A stretch of DNA of 64,000 nucleotides from Macrostomum hystrix (Eukaryota; Animalia; Platyhelminthes): the NCBI GenBank assembly GCA_950097015.1, contig CATNEN010000034.1:3348001-3412000 (forward strand), given 5' to 3'. Of the stretch, positions 62,727 to 64,000 are shown piece by piece. The translations under genes were made by a program, and so were the position numbers. Each line of letters opens with the position of its first letter. Positions within the stretch are counted from its first letter, which is position 1. The notes beneath the pieces were generated by a model. It was not told the DNA's origin. It ran no database searches and saw nothing but the letters and a program-made list of their open reading frames with translations.

Positions 62727-62911
62727 AGCTAGAATTATACATTCTGTGGGTGCTTGTTTATTTTGATTTTCCGTAAGCACTGACCATTGCTCAAAGTACC
62801 TAAATTGAATTTCCGCTAGTCTTTTTAGAACTGGAGTTTGATCAAAATTGAACGTCAAAAGGTTTAGTAGTTAGCATTAGTCTACTTTAGTCTACCACTT
62901 GTAGTTACTAG

Positions 62912-63627
62912 TATAGCTTTTGCCATTCAATCTCAGTGTTTTGTCATTCATACTCAGCCCCATAGAATTAATCCAGCCAGTTGGCGCCGTTTGGCCCATA
63001 GACTATCGCTCTGTGCCATTCAATCTCGGGTTTTGTCATTCAAACTCAGGCTTTATATTAGCTCGGTCTCTCAAACGCAGTCCTCCCAAAGACAGCTAAA
63101 TTACAAATTTCTTCCATTGCATTTGCTTACATGGCCCAACTTACATGGGCCATATGCTTACATGGAGCGCCTGGGCCACGTTGCACTGGACACTCTGAAG
63201 GCCGCAAACTGGGAGATTGCCTGCAGCCGACTGTATCCACGGTGCATTATGCAAATTCCTTTTCTCTGAGTCACTATTCTGATCCAAGACATTAACAATT
63301 CCGTATTCCGTATGTTCCTCACTATGATGCTAGAGGTGTTTGACTTGTAATGTGTATGGACTGGATTATGTTTAACAAGTTTAACAAGTCTGTTTTTCGG
63401 TCCTGTGTTACATGAGCCGAGCTGAGGAATAATAACCTGTTCATTCCTTCCACATTCCACATTCCACATTCCTTCTCCACATTAAAGCCTGAGTTTGAAT
63501 GACAAAACCCGAGATTGAATGGCACAGAGCGATAGTCTATGGACCAAACGGCGCCAACTGGCTGGATAAACTCTATGGGGGCTGAGTATGAATGACAAAA
63601 CACTGAGATTGAATGGCAAAAGCTATA
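62912..63627. mobile_element. Non-autonomous foldback/MITE-like element, about 716 bp, with ~145-bp terminal inverted repeats
   Basis: 62912-63055 is the reverse complement of 63483-63627 with 3 substitutions and 1 indel. Each arm holds an internal ~37-bp direct repeat. The ends read TATAGC...GCTATA, compatible with a TA target duplication. No transposase. Confidence 0.8.
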
Positions 63628-64000
63628 GCACTACATGTAGTAGTTGTTAGCTTAAATTTAGTCTACTTTTGCAGTCCAGGCTGTTCAGTCCATGTTCAGT
63701 ACAATTCCCTAAAATACCTCAGAAAATGCTTGTAACCATTTGACAGCTGGTTGAACTGAAGCAGTGCAGGATTAAACGTTTCGCTAATGAAACATATTTT
63801 TCAATTATAGTCGGGAACCGAAACCAAGACCTTCGAGTCGGTGGTCTCCTTGATGGTCTCAAATTTTATCAGATCAGACAAGTTTTTTGTGGTATTCATG
63901 TATACAAGTTTCTGGAACATATAAAAGTACAAAAATACATGCAGTGGCATTTCAATAGCCCCGGAATTTCGCCGACAGCTACAGATTGAGAAGACCAGCC

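Overview
Eukaryotic (animal) genomic DNA. Bases 1-43376 are one 33-bp satellite array (consensus ATGGAGGATTGTCTTGGGACTGACTGGTTTCTC, about 1310 monomers, open at the left edge) with variant-marked higher-order duplications and an indel-rich zone at about 12.7-21.7 kb. All long ORFs in that part are repeat artefacts. The remaining 20.6 kb is AT-rich unique DNA carrying further minisatellites (two related 23-bp arrays, a 42-bp array with a 22-bp sibling, a 26-bp array, an 18-bp array) and GC-rich genes: an unidentified 277-aa ORF, a divergent swiprosin/EFHD-family gene, and dynein light chain LC8. Manual splicing also gives a three-exon type I membrane protein with one TNFR-like cysteine-rich domain, which the ORF track splits. 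A perfect RFX X-box and a foldback/MITE-like element are also present. GC-rich CDS in AT-rich, minisatellite-dense DNA is suggestive of a flatworm such as Macrostomum, but that is inference only. No rRNA, tRNA gene, CRISPR array or transposase was found.
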